Positions 35,597 through 48,965 of a DNA stretch of 64,000 nt are shown one piece after another (positions within the stretch are counted from its first letter, which is position 1; each line of letters opens with the position of its first letter). The notes beneath the pieces were generated by a model. It was not told where the DNA came from. It was given only the letters and a program-made list of their open reading frames with translations, and did not search any database. The stretch spans positions 58,776,001 to 58,840,000 of the forward strand of contig OZ076410.1 of the NCBI GenBank assembly GCA_964187785.1. Reading direction: 5' to 3'. This stretch comes from Amphiscolops sp. MND2022. Taxonomy: Eukaryota. Made by a program: the position numbers and the translations under genes.

Positions 35597-35913
35597 TTAT
35601 TATTTTCCGACCCCAAATTTTATAAATGGGGGAGGAAAATCATGATCTGTGACGCGTTTTTTCCAAATTTTGGCAAATCTCCACTTTTTGATTACTTGAC
35701 TAGTTTATATAGCTATTATGAAAAAAAGTCAAGTAACTAAACTAGCTTACAGTGGGATTAATATCTAAAGTCAAAAAAATGAATAAGATCTAAAATCACT
35801 AAATTTTAGATTTTCTTGTATTGATCCTATTCCCCGCTCCCAAATTAGCTATGGCTCAGTTGGTGAAGGCGAACAGGGCGGAAAATACCCCGGTGCTTAG
35901 CGGGTGCCTTGTT
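35597..35913 (+). mobile_element. Non-autonomous repeat, family A, second copy, inserted at TT within the LINE fragment
   Basis: ATTTTCCGACCC (35602-35613) and GGGCGGAAAAT (35876-35886), hairpin, CTTGTT; no TSD. Confidence 0.55.
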
Positions 35914-36830
35914 GATATATTAGAATACTTCAGGCATGAATTGAATTAAAAATGAATTTGAATGCCAATAAAACTCATTTCATTGCAGTATGGAACAAAT
36001 CAAAAGATAATGTGATCGCAAAATCGAATATCTCAACTGATAATAACCAAAAGCCTATATCGTCAACGGAAAAACGTTTCAGCTTCTTGCTGGATCCAAA
36101 TCTTACATCATATCAGCAGTAAATATAAACGTTTTCCGTGAAATGGTCTGTGGAAACAAAATTTGGCTTGTGGAATAATATCAAAAACCTTTTCAAAATA
36201 AATACAGGTCTTATCAGAAAGAATGCACTCTTAGCAGTTATCTCCTCTTTTGAAATCAACTATAATAAACTCAATCACCCAAAATCTCCTTGCTACACTT
36301 GACCCACAACTCAATTGAGCAATAAAATTGTGCTTCAACCTTTGGAAATTTGTCTCTTGTAGCGATCTCTCACTTCAAACTTGTGTTCTATTGATTGCAA
36401 ACTGGCTTGTTATTTTAGGAGGTTTCCCAAAATACATTGCTTACATTCAAAGTCGTGTCACTGCCTACTTTCACTGTTTCTGAAAACAACGGAACTCGCA
36501 AAATGGATTGTCATGTTAGACATCGAACTTCAATGTCAGACTCGAAAAGTGTGTGATGATGAGTGGCTACAAATTTTGGAAATTATACAATGCCCAGCAT
36601 TCTCTATTAATGTCCAAAATGAAAAAAATGAAATTCATACGTTTTTATAACATCATCTCTGAAAAAAGAGGCCTGAAGGTTTATGGAAAAGTAAGTGGGA
36701 GAGAATACCATTTCAAAGAATATCATCGAGAGAGAGCGAACGTAAGGTAGAGTTATCAAGCTTCCGCCTTTTGTCAATGGTCATTACCATGTATTTGTTA
36801 CTTTTGATTGTTTTGGTAAGAAATAGCACA

Positions 36831-37200
36831 TGTTTTGACTAACGTTCGAGTCTTTGTTTTGAGTTCTGATGCTTCTGGCTGACTTTTTGGGTGTATAGGA
36901 ACTTCTAGTTCTTTTTCTTGGTTCTGTTCGTTTTCCTTGGTTTCATTTCCTTTTGATATAGGTTTCAACATTTTCAACAGCTCATTTTGTGATTCTATTA
37001 AAACACCTCTTATTTGGGAAGTTATTTCCTCCTTCAAAGTTGCCCTCAGACTTTCGAGAACACTATACTCAATCCCAGGTGACTTAGCTACCATCACTTC
37101 CTGCTCTTCACGAACTACATTTTCGGACAAAAGTGAAAAAACTAAGGTTTCATCTGAGTTCTCAGTGATTTTCTGCTGGTTGTCGTTTATCTCGAGAAAA
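36831..37200 (-). mobile_element. Fragment of an ORF-bearing LTR-like repeat
   Basis: LESLRATLKEEITSQIRGVLIESQNELLKMLKP resembles LDEIKTSLRKVVMSDLTKILAENQKEM at 56.4 kb; the segment ends ...CAAAACA. Confidence 0.35.
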
Positions 37201-37249
37201 CTTGGATGAATACGACAACCTGGCAGAAAAGTTCTCCAGTATGGTTCAT

Positions 37250-40200
37250 TTTGGAACCGCATATCGACAAAAAGGCATTCGACAATCGCAACGAAGTCGG
37301 CATCCAGCCACCAGCCGACCCAATATTCGACGCCGCATCAGAAGACAGAAATAACAACGAACAATCAATTCAAAAAAATTTCCAACTAATAATCCGCTTC
37401 TTTCCTCTGAAGATGTGCAACCCAAACTTACATTCAGCAGCCAACGCCCACCACATCATTGGACCCGCCAGCCTCTTTCATCTTGCTCGGTCGAAATTGA
37501 AACTTGAACCGTACGACGCACACCCGATGAAATTTATGGTACGCTCTTTTCAAAACCCTAATCCACGATCAATCAATTTCGTCAGCAGAGAAAACGACCC
37601 ATTTTCAAACTCTGTCCATAAAAGTAGCAAACCAAGCTATTTCAGGATTCTCATGTAAGAGCCAGAACTACGAGGCAGCAATTGTCGAACTACAACGACC
37701 ATTCGGAAGGCGTGGGATAATTGTTAGCTCCTTCTGCAGAACTTTCGTCGGCCTTCAATACAGCAACGCAACAATTTTACAGAAATTTCATTTTGTAGAA
37801 AGAGTGCAATCACTAGATTTTCTAAAACGATCTGAAAGCGACACGGTATGTTCAATTTGCTGTGAACAAGTGTCTGCCTTTTCAACGACTACGATGGTCA
37901 CATTATGTGTCGACTAACAATTTGCATCACACGAGCCCTAGCCATTTCAACATTTGGCTTCGACACTTTGCACTCGCTTCCGATGAGTTTCCAAATAGCC
38001 ACGACAACAGTCCGTCAATGAGATCAACAACGAAAGACCAAATTCCATCTCGTTTCAGCCAGAACGAACAACATCGACCACTATCGACCATGTTCTTTCG
38101 GCAGAATTGATCATCGCAAGGCTCATTGATCCGTTTAAAAGAGCACCAACCTTCTGAAGAAACGCCAAATGGTGTTTGACAACCAAATTCGACTGAATTG
38201 CTTGGGATACCACTTGAAAAATGATTATAAGTGTCAACACAGCTGCCGTTTTTGTAATTGCAAGTATCATTCAACCCTACACGTGGACAACATACTGCAA
38301 CTTCCCCGACAGCCTAGTTAGGAGTCCAATGACAACAATCGCAATTCAAACAAAATTTTACTAGCAAAGCAAAAAAACTCCTCGAAACACTTAATTTGTT
38401 GGTAACTCGTTATCGACTGACCCACCTTCAAACGACACCTGAAATTTTGGTGCTCTTTCGATGATGGTACAGTGACACATGCATCTCAACGTACGCTTCC
38501 ATCTATTCAGAAAGCACAGGTAGTTATCCACTCTCAAACGTTGCTAACAATTTGCAATGCAAGGTCACTGAACCTGCTGCAAAACTCGAAATCGGAGGTT
38601 TAACCAACCCAAATAATCCAAATCACTGGAAGCAAGCATTGTTCCAATGTATGTTGATCTTTTTTGGTTTTATCGCTGAGAACTTCACCATCAACCATGC
38701 TTTTGTCCTGCTGTCATTCAGCATGGTCGACGTTTTCACTTTTTCTCAATGCCAACTGTCAACGGTTTTCCTCCTCCGAAGCATCAAGTTTTCGCAGCTT
38801 CCAAAAAACGAGATCCGATGTAACTTGGGGCCAGATAATTCCGATCTCTTCTCCGCCCGAACGGTCTTCAAAGGTCCTCCAAACTAACAGGTTGGACCAT
38901 TGGCGGTCATCATGAAAGCTGTTACCATCAAAAAAGTTTCCATTCCACAACTTTGGTAGACGAACGCGTACTGCCGAAAAATTTCGTGTCGCCCAAGGAC
39001 TCAGTCAGGACCCAGTCGATCTCGACTGGTATTCCGCAACTGTTGAGAAGGATCTCAAAATAAATACGTTCCGCCGTCGCCCAACGAATCAGTCAGCACC
39101 CAGTCGATCTCGACTGGTATTCCGCAACTGTTGAGAAGGATCTCAAAATGAATACTCTCGCCGTGACATTCTATCTTTCAATGCTCCTACCAGAACATGG
39201 AATTTTTCACCCGAAGAAACCTGGAAAACTCTGATGAGTTTCCAACGCTCGAGCCAAATATAAAGGAGCGTGTCTGGATGACATGAAGCTTTTTACTTGT
39301 CCTGGCCTACTAGTTATCCGTTTTGGAATCATCCTCCGATTTCGCGGAAGGAAATTCCTTTTTGCCGCCGACACTGAAGCAATGCATGTGCAAGTTTCCG
39401 TACGCCCGGCACGTTTTGCAAATTTCTCCGCTTCTTCTGGGGCGAAAACAAATCCCATTTCTTCGATTAATTCCGTTTCGTATTTTGAGCCGAATGCTCT
39501 CCATCATTGGTATTTGGTCACTCTCCAATCCTGCGCTAAAGACCATTCGACCGACTATCCCAAATACAACGCCTGGTTCATGACCACTCCTACAGGGATG
39601 ATCTTCCCTTTTCCACCGACACTGACAGGGAGTCCTGTCAAGCGGAGGTTCCAATCTGACCGAACGAATCAGCAACCGCCAAGAAAAATTGTCCGCAGTT
39701 CACACCGAGCATCGCATCGTATAACCCGAGGAACTCCACCATGAGCTCAAAAATGCAGATAGTTCTCGGAGTTATATCGAATTTTTTCATTGATTAATTG
39801 CAATTCTCTCCCTATAGGCTGAAAAACCTGTTAGGAGAGAAATGTGCTCAAAGAGCTCTTCTGCGCCTCGCGTCCTCCGCTATTTGCCTTCTAGGAGTCG
39901 CTGCTTCGTTACAATTCCTTTTCGCATCATTCAGCAAGCGTTTTAGAAATGAAACAAACAAAAAACTTCCGTCGTCTTGCCCGAGTTTTTCGTCACCAAT
40001 GCTCAATTGCCTGAATAGTCTTCCATACCAGTTCCGCGAAGATAAACCGCACACCATATCGCTCCATGTGTTCACTGACGCTTCCTACTGCGGACTCGCC
40101 ACCGTCGCGTATTTCATTTACCGCCGTTCGCCGTCTTTAGGGTCCGAAACTTGTTTCGCGCTTGGTACGGCCTGAGTTGCTCACTTGCAGCAACATACCA

Positions 40201-43200
40201 TCACAAAGCTCGAACTGCATGCAGCTTGTTTGGGCTCCCGCCTTCCACACTTTGTTCAACACGAAGAGCGACTCTCATTCGCCTCATCTCAACTCTGGAG
40301 GGTGCATTACAGTCTTGCAGTGGAATATTGGATATCATGAAGGTCAACATTTTTTGATGCCAGCGTTGTAGCAGAAACACTCAACAACACGCAATCATAC
40401 CAATGTAATCATTTTCCTGGAGAAACGAATACTGTCGGCGATTGTATCAGCTTGTGCGCAGAAATCCGTTCCGCCACTTTCATTGCAACACTCGCCAGTT
40501 CCAAGGACCTGAATTCTTGAAACATCCAGTTTCGGAATGGCCACTAAACCCCGTTCACCCGCAATCGACAGCGATGAGGTGTACCCGAAGAACCTCACAA
40601 AAGGTATGTATCCACACCGAAGATGATGCCACACACGAAGCCCACGATGGCGACGCAGACGATTCTGCAATTGAAAAAAATTCACACGACGCCACCGACG
40701 ACAAATCTCTGCAGATGTAGTCAGAAAAGATTAGGCTACCAATTTCACACACTCCAGATGTCTCCGTAAAGCAAACGTCATCAAGCACGATACAGACGTC
40801 ACCCCGCCGCAGTTGTGTAAGTAGAAGCTGAAGACGAAGAAGAAAGGACAAAAGCCACAGAAGTAGTCATTGAAAATTCATTTGGCACAGACAACCACGA
40901 TAGCAGAGGCTGTGTCAACATAGCAAAGTGCAATGGATTATGTAACCATTGCCTCATACTGTGCCACCAACACAGAATGGCGACGCATTTGGTCCCTTCA
41001 TCATCATCAAAAACACTATTATTCATCAAGACGCTTCCAAAACTTTTCAAGTCGATCGTTTTTCCACATGGACTAGTTCCTGTCACTGCCCTTGTTCTTC
41101 GACCTATCAATAATTTAAAGGCCTCCACTTTCGCTCCCAATTGCCAAATAATTTTCGCCCTTGAAAGCTGTTACCATAAATCAACTTTCCATGCCACATC
41201 CTTCAACAGGCTCACATCCACAGCCAGCATCACGACGATGGAGTCTTATACGGTCCCGTAGCGTCTTCTGGAGAATGGAAAGTTTCGGGATGAGAGCCGA
41301 GGTCACCATGGCACAGGAAGACAAACACGCTCTCAAAACACTTAGAGATACCTTTCGCTTCGTTGAGAACCGATACGAAGAGGATTGCTCTGGGAGCCGA
41401 AAGCTGAATTTCGGAACAATTTCACCCCGTCATTCAAAATTTCAAGGAAATGTAACAACGGCTCAGTCAAGACCCATTCATTCTCGACATGTATTCCGCA
41501 TCTATTGAGAAAGATCTCAAACATGAATACACTCGCTGCGTACCCGACGATGACATTCCATTCTCTGAATGCTCCAACCAGAACATGTGATACTTTACCC
41601 GCAAGAGTTTCCAACGCTCCGGCCAGATATAAATGAGTGTTTCTGAATGGCTTGCTTCTTACTGGTGTTGACCTACAAGCCAGGTTTCTTGGAAACAACC
41701 TCCAATTTCGTGAAATTAAATAACCGCTTACTGCCGACATTGAAGCAATGTATTTGCAAATTTCCGTACAATCGGAAGATTTTACAAACTCGTCAGTTTA
41801 CTCTGATGCGAAAACAAACCCCAGTTTTCGGAATAACTTTGCCTCGTGTTTTGGGCCATTGTCTCCAACACGTGCTATTTTTGCTCTCCAAACTTGCGCT
41901 GATGACCATTGAACCTACTAACAGCTTGTCCAACACCTCTACCATATCTACATGAGTGACCTTTCCGTTTCAAACAACACCGTTCAACGAGCCGATAAAG
42001 TCTTTTGTGATTGGCGACCATTCTCATCGCGCAGAGGGTTTATTCTCACCAATTGGATCACCAACTGTCATGAAAGCTTCTCCGCAGTTCCCGCCAAGCG
42101 TCGCGCCATGTCAACCGAGGAACTCGACCATGAGCACAAAATGCAGAAAGTTCACGAAGTTGAACGCATTGTTATGCTGAATCTTTCGACTGATTAGGTT
42201 CCATGAAAGCTGAAAAGCCAGTTAGGACAGAAATCTGCTCAAAGAGTTCTTCTGCGCAACACGTCCTATGTGCTTGACCCTCTAGGAATTGGCGGCCGTT
42301 ACCATTCGATTTCGTGAATTTCACCAAGCTCTTTGGCGTAAAGGATTGGAATGGAACGACCAAATAACTCCCTCCGTCTAGCGCCAGTGCAGCAGAACTA
42401 CTCAACAACACGCAATCACACCGATGTAGTAGTTTCTCTGGAGAAACGAATCCAGTCCGTGATTGTATCAGCTGCCGCGCAGAAATCCGTTCCGCGGCTT
42501 CCATAGCAACACTCGCTTGTTCCAAGGACCTGATTTCTTGAAACAACCGGTTTCGGAATGGTCACCAAATCCCGCTCACCCGCAATCGACAGCGATCGAC
42601 AGCGACCCGAAGAACCTCACAAGAGAGATGTATCTACACCGAAAAATATGGCACAGATGTAGCCAAGGATGACGCCGCAGACATAGCCACAAAAGAACAA
42701 ATCGCACACGAACCCACCAAAGCTGCTGACGTAGCCAGAACAGTTGAGGCTACAAACTCCAAACACTACAGATGTCTCCGTAGAGCAGACGTCACCAACC
42801 ACAATGAAGACGCCGCAGCAGTCGTTGAAGAAGAAGAAGTAGAGGAAAAAGAACAAGAAGAAGACGAAGAAGAAGAAAGTACGGAAGCCTGTAACCATCG
42901 AAGATTCAGTTAGCACATGCGCCAGAGTAGTAGCCACTGTGTCAACAACGCAATGTGCAATGGAAGATATTACCATTGTTTCCAACTGTGCCACCAATAC
43001 AGTCTCGCGGAAAATTGTGGTACCCTCACCATCATCAATCGCTATCATTCAACATGACCTTTCGAAAACTCTTCGCGTCAATCGTTTTTCTTCGTGGAAA
43101 CTTCTAGTTCCTGTCACTGCCCTTGTTCTTTGTGCTGCAAAACATTTGAGGGCCTCCACTTTTGCTCCCATGATCCAACTAACTTGACTAAGTGTCGCAA

Positions 43201-44450
43201 CTTGACGACGTCGTCAATCGAAGTTCACCCGACATCATTGCGTTTACTCTCGCCCTGTCACGCCGTTCCCGTCGCCTAATGAAATGTCTGACGCAAAACT
43301 GTTTTTTCTCCTAGCGTCGCAAAAAGAGAGTACCCAGATATGCGTTTTATCTTTGTTCAACAAATTTCTTGTCGCACATAAAAGTCGTCTACGACACTTG
43401 CAGCCGTTACTCGATTTGTTCCAAGATCATTTACGTAAGTCGCTGTTTGACTACTGCTTGAATCAACGCACGATCTAAGATCGACATAATCGCGTGTTCG
43501 CAGTTTTTCACCGAATTGGTCTACAGCATAGTACGATACATATGCCGCAACGAACTAGCAAGATGTTTCTAGTTCGATTAACAGCCAATTAAAACGCGGT
43601 ATTGTTTCAACTACGCGTAGCGTGTTTTGCTTGTTACACTGAGTGATTTGGCGTTACGCGCATTGATCACAATACAGTAATTGACTACTTTACACATTCA
43701 GGCTCAATGATGACAATGCGAGTTTTTTCACGATTGCACTGTTTGACTAGTATACGGTTCGTTCTCGTTTTACTGTAAATACATTTTACACTGGATGATG
43801 AAGTCCACTTTTGCGGCATGTGTATCGTAATGCATGGCCATACCCGCCTGAGACAAATGCAACATATTCTTCAGCTGCAATAATGGATCTTGTCCGCCGG
43901 ATCGAATAAAAAAAATCGTTAATGCGTTAATTAAAAATCTTTAAAAAAGCGTTCGCAGAATTTCACGAAAAGTCAGGCCTGCCAAGTTTTTGTTTTCACA
44001 ACAAACAACAATTTTAGTTTCAGCAACCTGGTCTCGATGTTTTTGAACGATTCGCCCAGAAGACAACTTCGCGAAGTTACAACTATCACTATGGTCTATT
44101 CTTGAGATGCTTCACCACTCGCCCTATCCATCTTTAAATGTGCATCAACTTGTCGCATGCATGAAAACTCTCCGCCGTTCCTTTGCCCGGCGTGGTCAAC
44201 CGCATTTGATGATCTCCGATAATGGTATCAACTTCAAAAGAATTACTGCAACTCTTCAGTCAACCGTCATCGCTACAAATTTTCGGAAACCAAGAAATCG
44301 CTGAATTTTCAAACTTTCGTGGGCGCCACATTTTGGAAAAGTCCAGGAAGGGCTCATATGTTCTTGTGAAGGCGTTTTTATGTCTTTTCGGGCAACAACG
44401 CTCTATATGACGACACCTTCAACACCTTTTTTTTGTACAACAACGTTTTC
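37250..44450 (+). mobile_element. Heavily decayed third BEL/Pao element with an internal diverged duplication
   Basis: gag (KLKLEPYDAHP; AISGF...NYEAAIVEL..PFG); RT twice (GPDL/ADTEAM-like at 39.3 kb, ADIEAMYLQI at 41.7 kb); RNase H LHVFTDAS (40.07 kb); integrase FARRGQPHLMISDNG (44.2 kb). Confidence 0.8.
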
Positions 44451-44467
44451 TTCAACTTGCAAAAATT

Positions 44468-45420
44468 TTGGGAATTAATCGAACCACCGCTTATTCGATT
44501 GTGAATAGAGACCAAGATAAGGAAAGGGATGGAAACAGGCAAACAAAGGTTGATGACGAGATGAAAACAGCTATTGCCGATTACCTTGAAAGTAATCCGC
44601 TCCTTGCTTTAAACGAGGTTAATTTTCGGTTAAGGGCTAATTTACCACAAAATCCGACAACTTCAATCAAGACATTATATCGATTGATCGATGGCATCGC
44701 CTACACTCTTAAACTAAATCTTGACAGCCCAGCTCAACGAAACGCCCCCGAAACATTGGCTGCACGGAAACAATACGCAGAGTGCATTCTCAGTGCAGAC
44801 GCTGTAGGTGTGGAGAAAATATATTTGGATGAATTCGATGTAAATATTCACACTAAGCGCACATATGGTCGCGCATTTAGAGGAGAAAGGGCCATACGAG
44901 TAACCTAACTCAAAATGGCCAATTTGTGTCAGTATGCGCAGCTACATCAGTTGAGTATGAACTCATCTACTTCGAGATTTTCCAAGCTTTAGTAAATTTC
45001 GAAAAATTTTGCAACTTTCTGCAAATTGTCAGCGGGAATATCAAAACTGAAATCGGATACCAATACAACGCTCATTTAAAATTTGACAACGCTCCTAGTC
45101 ACAGGAATGTTGGGGATGCGTCTGGACTTATCTCCATCAAGAGATTGCCAAAGTATTCCTCATTCCTGAACCCGATTGAGATGGCATTTTCGTCTTGGAA
45201 GGCCGCTTTAAAAAGAGAATTGGCAAGTAAGCAAGATTTGTTTATAAATATACCAGAAACACAACTTCAGGGTAGAAGTCTGAAATTGTACCGTTTCGAA
45301 ATGGTGAAGAAGGTCATAGAAGACCAGGCTGTCGTTATTGATACTGCAAAATGCAAGGAGTGGCACAATAATGCAATGACATTCATTCCAATATGTATTG
45401 TGGAGGCAGAAATACTATAA
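44468..45420 (+). pseudogene. IS630/Tc1/mariner-superfamily DDE transposase (frameshift near 44910)
   Basis: N-terminal HTH-like region, IYLDE, FDNAPSH, LPKYSSFLNPIE. Subterminal TGAAATCAAAGTTCC-type direct repeats at 45480-45570, ending ...GACAAAAGG-TA. Confidence 0.85.
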
Positions 45421-45704
45421 ATCAAAATCTTTCTTTTGTTATTTTCTGTTTTTGTATGTTTGTCGAAATTGAGTTTCCTGTGTTGAAATCAAAGTTCCGG
45501 AATGCCTCTTGTCGACATCAAAGTTCCACAGTTTTGAAATCAAAGTTCCGATGTGTTGAAATCAATTGACAAAAGGTATATTTACTTTACTCGATATACT
45601 GTAATAAAAAAACTGTTGGCACAAGATTTCTTACATTTGTGGATAATATTTTTTTGTTTTCAGATACCGATCACGATGAACAGTTAGATGATACTTCTTT
45701 CTAC

Positions 45705-46315
45705 CTGTCATCAGTCTAAACGGCTGTATGATGTATGCGTCAGTCTGGGACACGTCATATCCTAATTATCAATCTTTTCCAACAAATTGCTTCTTGTTCA
45801 TTATTAGTGGATGATACGAATTTTCCAGACCAATTTTTACTAATGATTAATGATTTCCTAGCAGATTTCTGCATTTGATGAAACATGATATTATCCATTG
45901 TCGATGCTCGAATTTCCTTGATATTTCATGAGGTATTATGTTAGAAGTCACATGGTTCTTTCAAACAGTTAGAAGAGAATGCTGTTTGTAAATTTTTCTA
46001 CGCTATTTTTTTAATGCGCATTTTTTTTGAAAAAAATAACAGGAATGATGACTACCTGGCAGTGCATGGTCCTTGCCGTCTGAGAACGTCTCAAATATTG
46101 AGACCAGAAGTTATTCTTTCCCAAATCTTGCCAGCCAATGACCTCATGGGAGGTACGACGATGACTGCCATGCAATCCGCGACAGTTCCGGCGAACAGGT
46201 GAACCACGTACAGTGACTCCAGATCCTGCCATGAAGCTTGTTTGGTATTGGTGGCACCCGTCATCCGAGCAAGAAGGAAACATGCCAGACTGATCACCTG
46301 GTGTGCGCCCAGAAC
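45705..46315 (-). other. Candidate exon cluster of an unidentified membrane-protein gene
   Basis: AG/GT-bounded, GC-richer segments 46315-46105, 46079-46056 and 45761-45705 join in phase. Hydrophobic LYVVHLFAGTVADCMAVIVVPPMRSLAGKIW. Confidence 0.25.
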
Positions 46316-47234
46316 CTAAAAACAGTGGATTTCATCGTCGCCCCTTGCTGGAAAGAAACGAGGATCACTGCTCTTGCAAGTTGATTGAGCAAACAAGCTT
46401 TTGGTAATTCAGTTTTCGTACCCTGCACATACAGAGACTACTATACGGACTAGAACTATTTTTTTCACTCTCGACCGTTTATGAAAGGAGTGACGAAACG
46501 AGATCTTACACCAATCGAAAACGCATATCATAGTATTCGCATCAGAAAAAATTCGTATTATAAAAAGATTAAAGTCTTTTAATACCGATCATATAGATTG
46601 GGGAAATGAAGAAAATAATAGAAATAATAGAACTGTAACGCGATAATTGTATCGTAGCGTCTCATGATCTGAGTGTCGCATGATCTGAATTGTCACATGA
46701 TCTGATTTGTCGCCGTACAGATCGTGTATTCTCAGAGGTCAAAAGTTCACGAAACTCCAGAAGACTGAGATGTCTTTCTTTCCCAAAAACAGCTTTGATA
46801 AATTAAATTACAGTAATTTTTAATCAAAGTGAGTCAAAATGTGAACAGACGTACTATATCGTAGGGAGAGCAATTCACTGCAGCGCTCAAACAAAATATC
46901 TCATAACTAAAAAAATCTGCTTTTCACTGCTTCTTTCTTGAAGCAAAACACTACTCTGATTCTCTTTTTTATTCACTACAAAATATGAAATAGCAAAACG
47001 TTGAGTCAATGGCAATTTTGTCGGACATTTTCAATCTATTCGTAGTTTTTGAGAATACTAAAGTTTTTGAGCATACTAAAACTCCGTCCGACGTCAGCAC
47101 ATAGTGATGGAATCCAGAAACAGTGTCTAGCGAATTTCTTCAATTTTTATAACCAATCCTTGATACCTTTCCAAGTGCAATATTTGCAACAATACACATG
47201 CCTTGAATAACTTTTCATTGCGATTAATGTCGAA

Positions 47235-48965
47235 TTGATAGTTGCAATAGAAATTGCGAAACGAAAAGAGGTTCAATCCAGAATTGGTCGAAATAGCCCA
47301 AAGGAACTATTCAGATATGTGAAAAGCATGAAAGAAGAAAACAGCCAAATGAAAAGTCCAGTGAACTCTCTTTTGATGACTTCGATTATTTCTCCACTGC
47401 TCGCGATCAACAAAAAGTCCCTCAGGTTCCCAGCAAATGTGCACGTGTTCAAGAAAAGCAGCCGCAAATAATTTTCTTCTATCGAGTTACAGAAATTGAA
47501 ACGGCTAATCTAATTGCGACATTGGAAAACAAATCTTTGTGGGATCGGATGGTATCAGTTTGAAAAAGGCTGCTCCAATAAGTACTTCATATTTGAAAAT
47601 TGCATTCAATAAATGCAGAGCAGAATGAATTTTTCCAAGAACTTTGATAATGGCTCAAGTTGTTCTATTGTTCAAAGCAGATGATAAAAAGCTGACCTCG
47701 AATTATAGATCAAATTCCATTTTGAGAAATTTGTCAGAGATTTTCGAGAAAACAATAGATAAACGATTGATCTTTATCTTGAAAATTTATCAATACTTCA
47801 AGACAATCAGTACGGATTCAGAAAAAAAGACTCAAAACAACCAGCAACTTTTCTGTGGAAACCATCACAAGCGAATTCGAAAGCCAAAACGAAAACAAAC
47901 TTTTTTTGACTTCAGAAAAGCGTTTGACTCTGTAGACCACGAAGGATCGTCACGAAGTTTTACCATGTTGGTGTTAAAGTTACTTCCCATAAACTAGTAG
48001 CAAACTATTTAGATGATAGGTTTCAATATGATATTGTAGTAGATGATAAAAGTTTAGCTATGAAACTAATGTCATTCTATGTCATTCTAATCATTACTAT
48101 GTCCCTAATAATTCCTCTTTCAAATTGATGATCTCTGTACAGACCGAAATTGGCAACGTGAAAATATAAAAGACGCAGATGAAACAGTTTTGATCAAAAA
48201 ACTAGATCATCAATTTGAGAATGAAAACATGCTTGAGTGCTGGGGAAGATTGTAACTACATGAAAACTTAATTTACAGTTTCTGAGATGAGATCAGCTGA
48301 ACATTCAAGCATTGTAATTGATGACCATGACACTTCTATGAAAAACAAAAATACTTGAGCATACATTTCGGCGAAAAGTTGGATTTCATGACACATATAA
48401 AACATTGTCTCAAACCTAGCGCAACGTTGAGCCACACCTTACGAACTCAGAGAAACGCTAAACAAAGGCCATTGAGTACAGTATTTTCGATGTTATGTAT
48501 CATCGGCTTTTCATTATGTCGTTCTTCTGTACTGATTCGGAGCGAAAACAATGGTGCAAACTATCCTACTAATTTCAAAAAAACTAAGTTGAATAGCCTT
48601 CCTTTTCGGCCAGCGTTCTTGGAAAAATCAATGGAGTGAAAATTGGAACTGTGTTTGATTATCATATCTTTGAACTTTTGAAGTTTTCACTGGCGCAAAT
48701 GAGAAATGGTTTCCAGAATCTCATCATTGGAATTCAGCAGACACAAACAAGAATCGTAAGTTTGTAGAATGTGGAGTTTTCGGAAAAAAAGATGCTAGAT
48801 GCTCCCGCAATATTTCTGGTTAGCGCATTTCGTGAATGGGGTTTAGTACATTCTGATAAATTGATATGTGAAATGAATGATAAGCAGTTTGAAAAGTGGT
48901 TTCGCCAAACACAGGATTTCTATATCTTTCGAAACGGGAAATTCACGAAGCTTATCTACAAATAA
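47235..48965 (+). pseudogene. Decayed non-LTR (CR1/L2-like) retrotransposon RT region
   Basis: KELFRYVKSM; VVLLFKADDKKLTSNYRSNSIL..LSEIFEK; FFDFRKAFDSVDH. Confidence 0.75.

Noticed and set aside
46011-46283. ORF with EVIGWQDLG resembling a synaptotagmin C2B C-terminus
   Set aside because: The rest of the frame lacks C2 beta-strand patterning; only a short motif matches.
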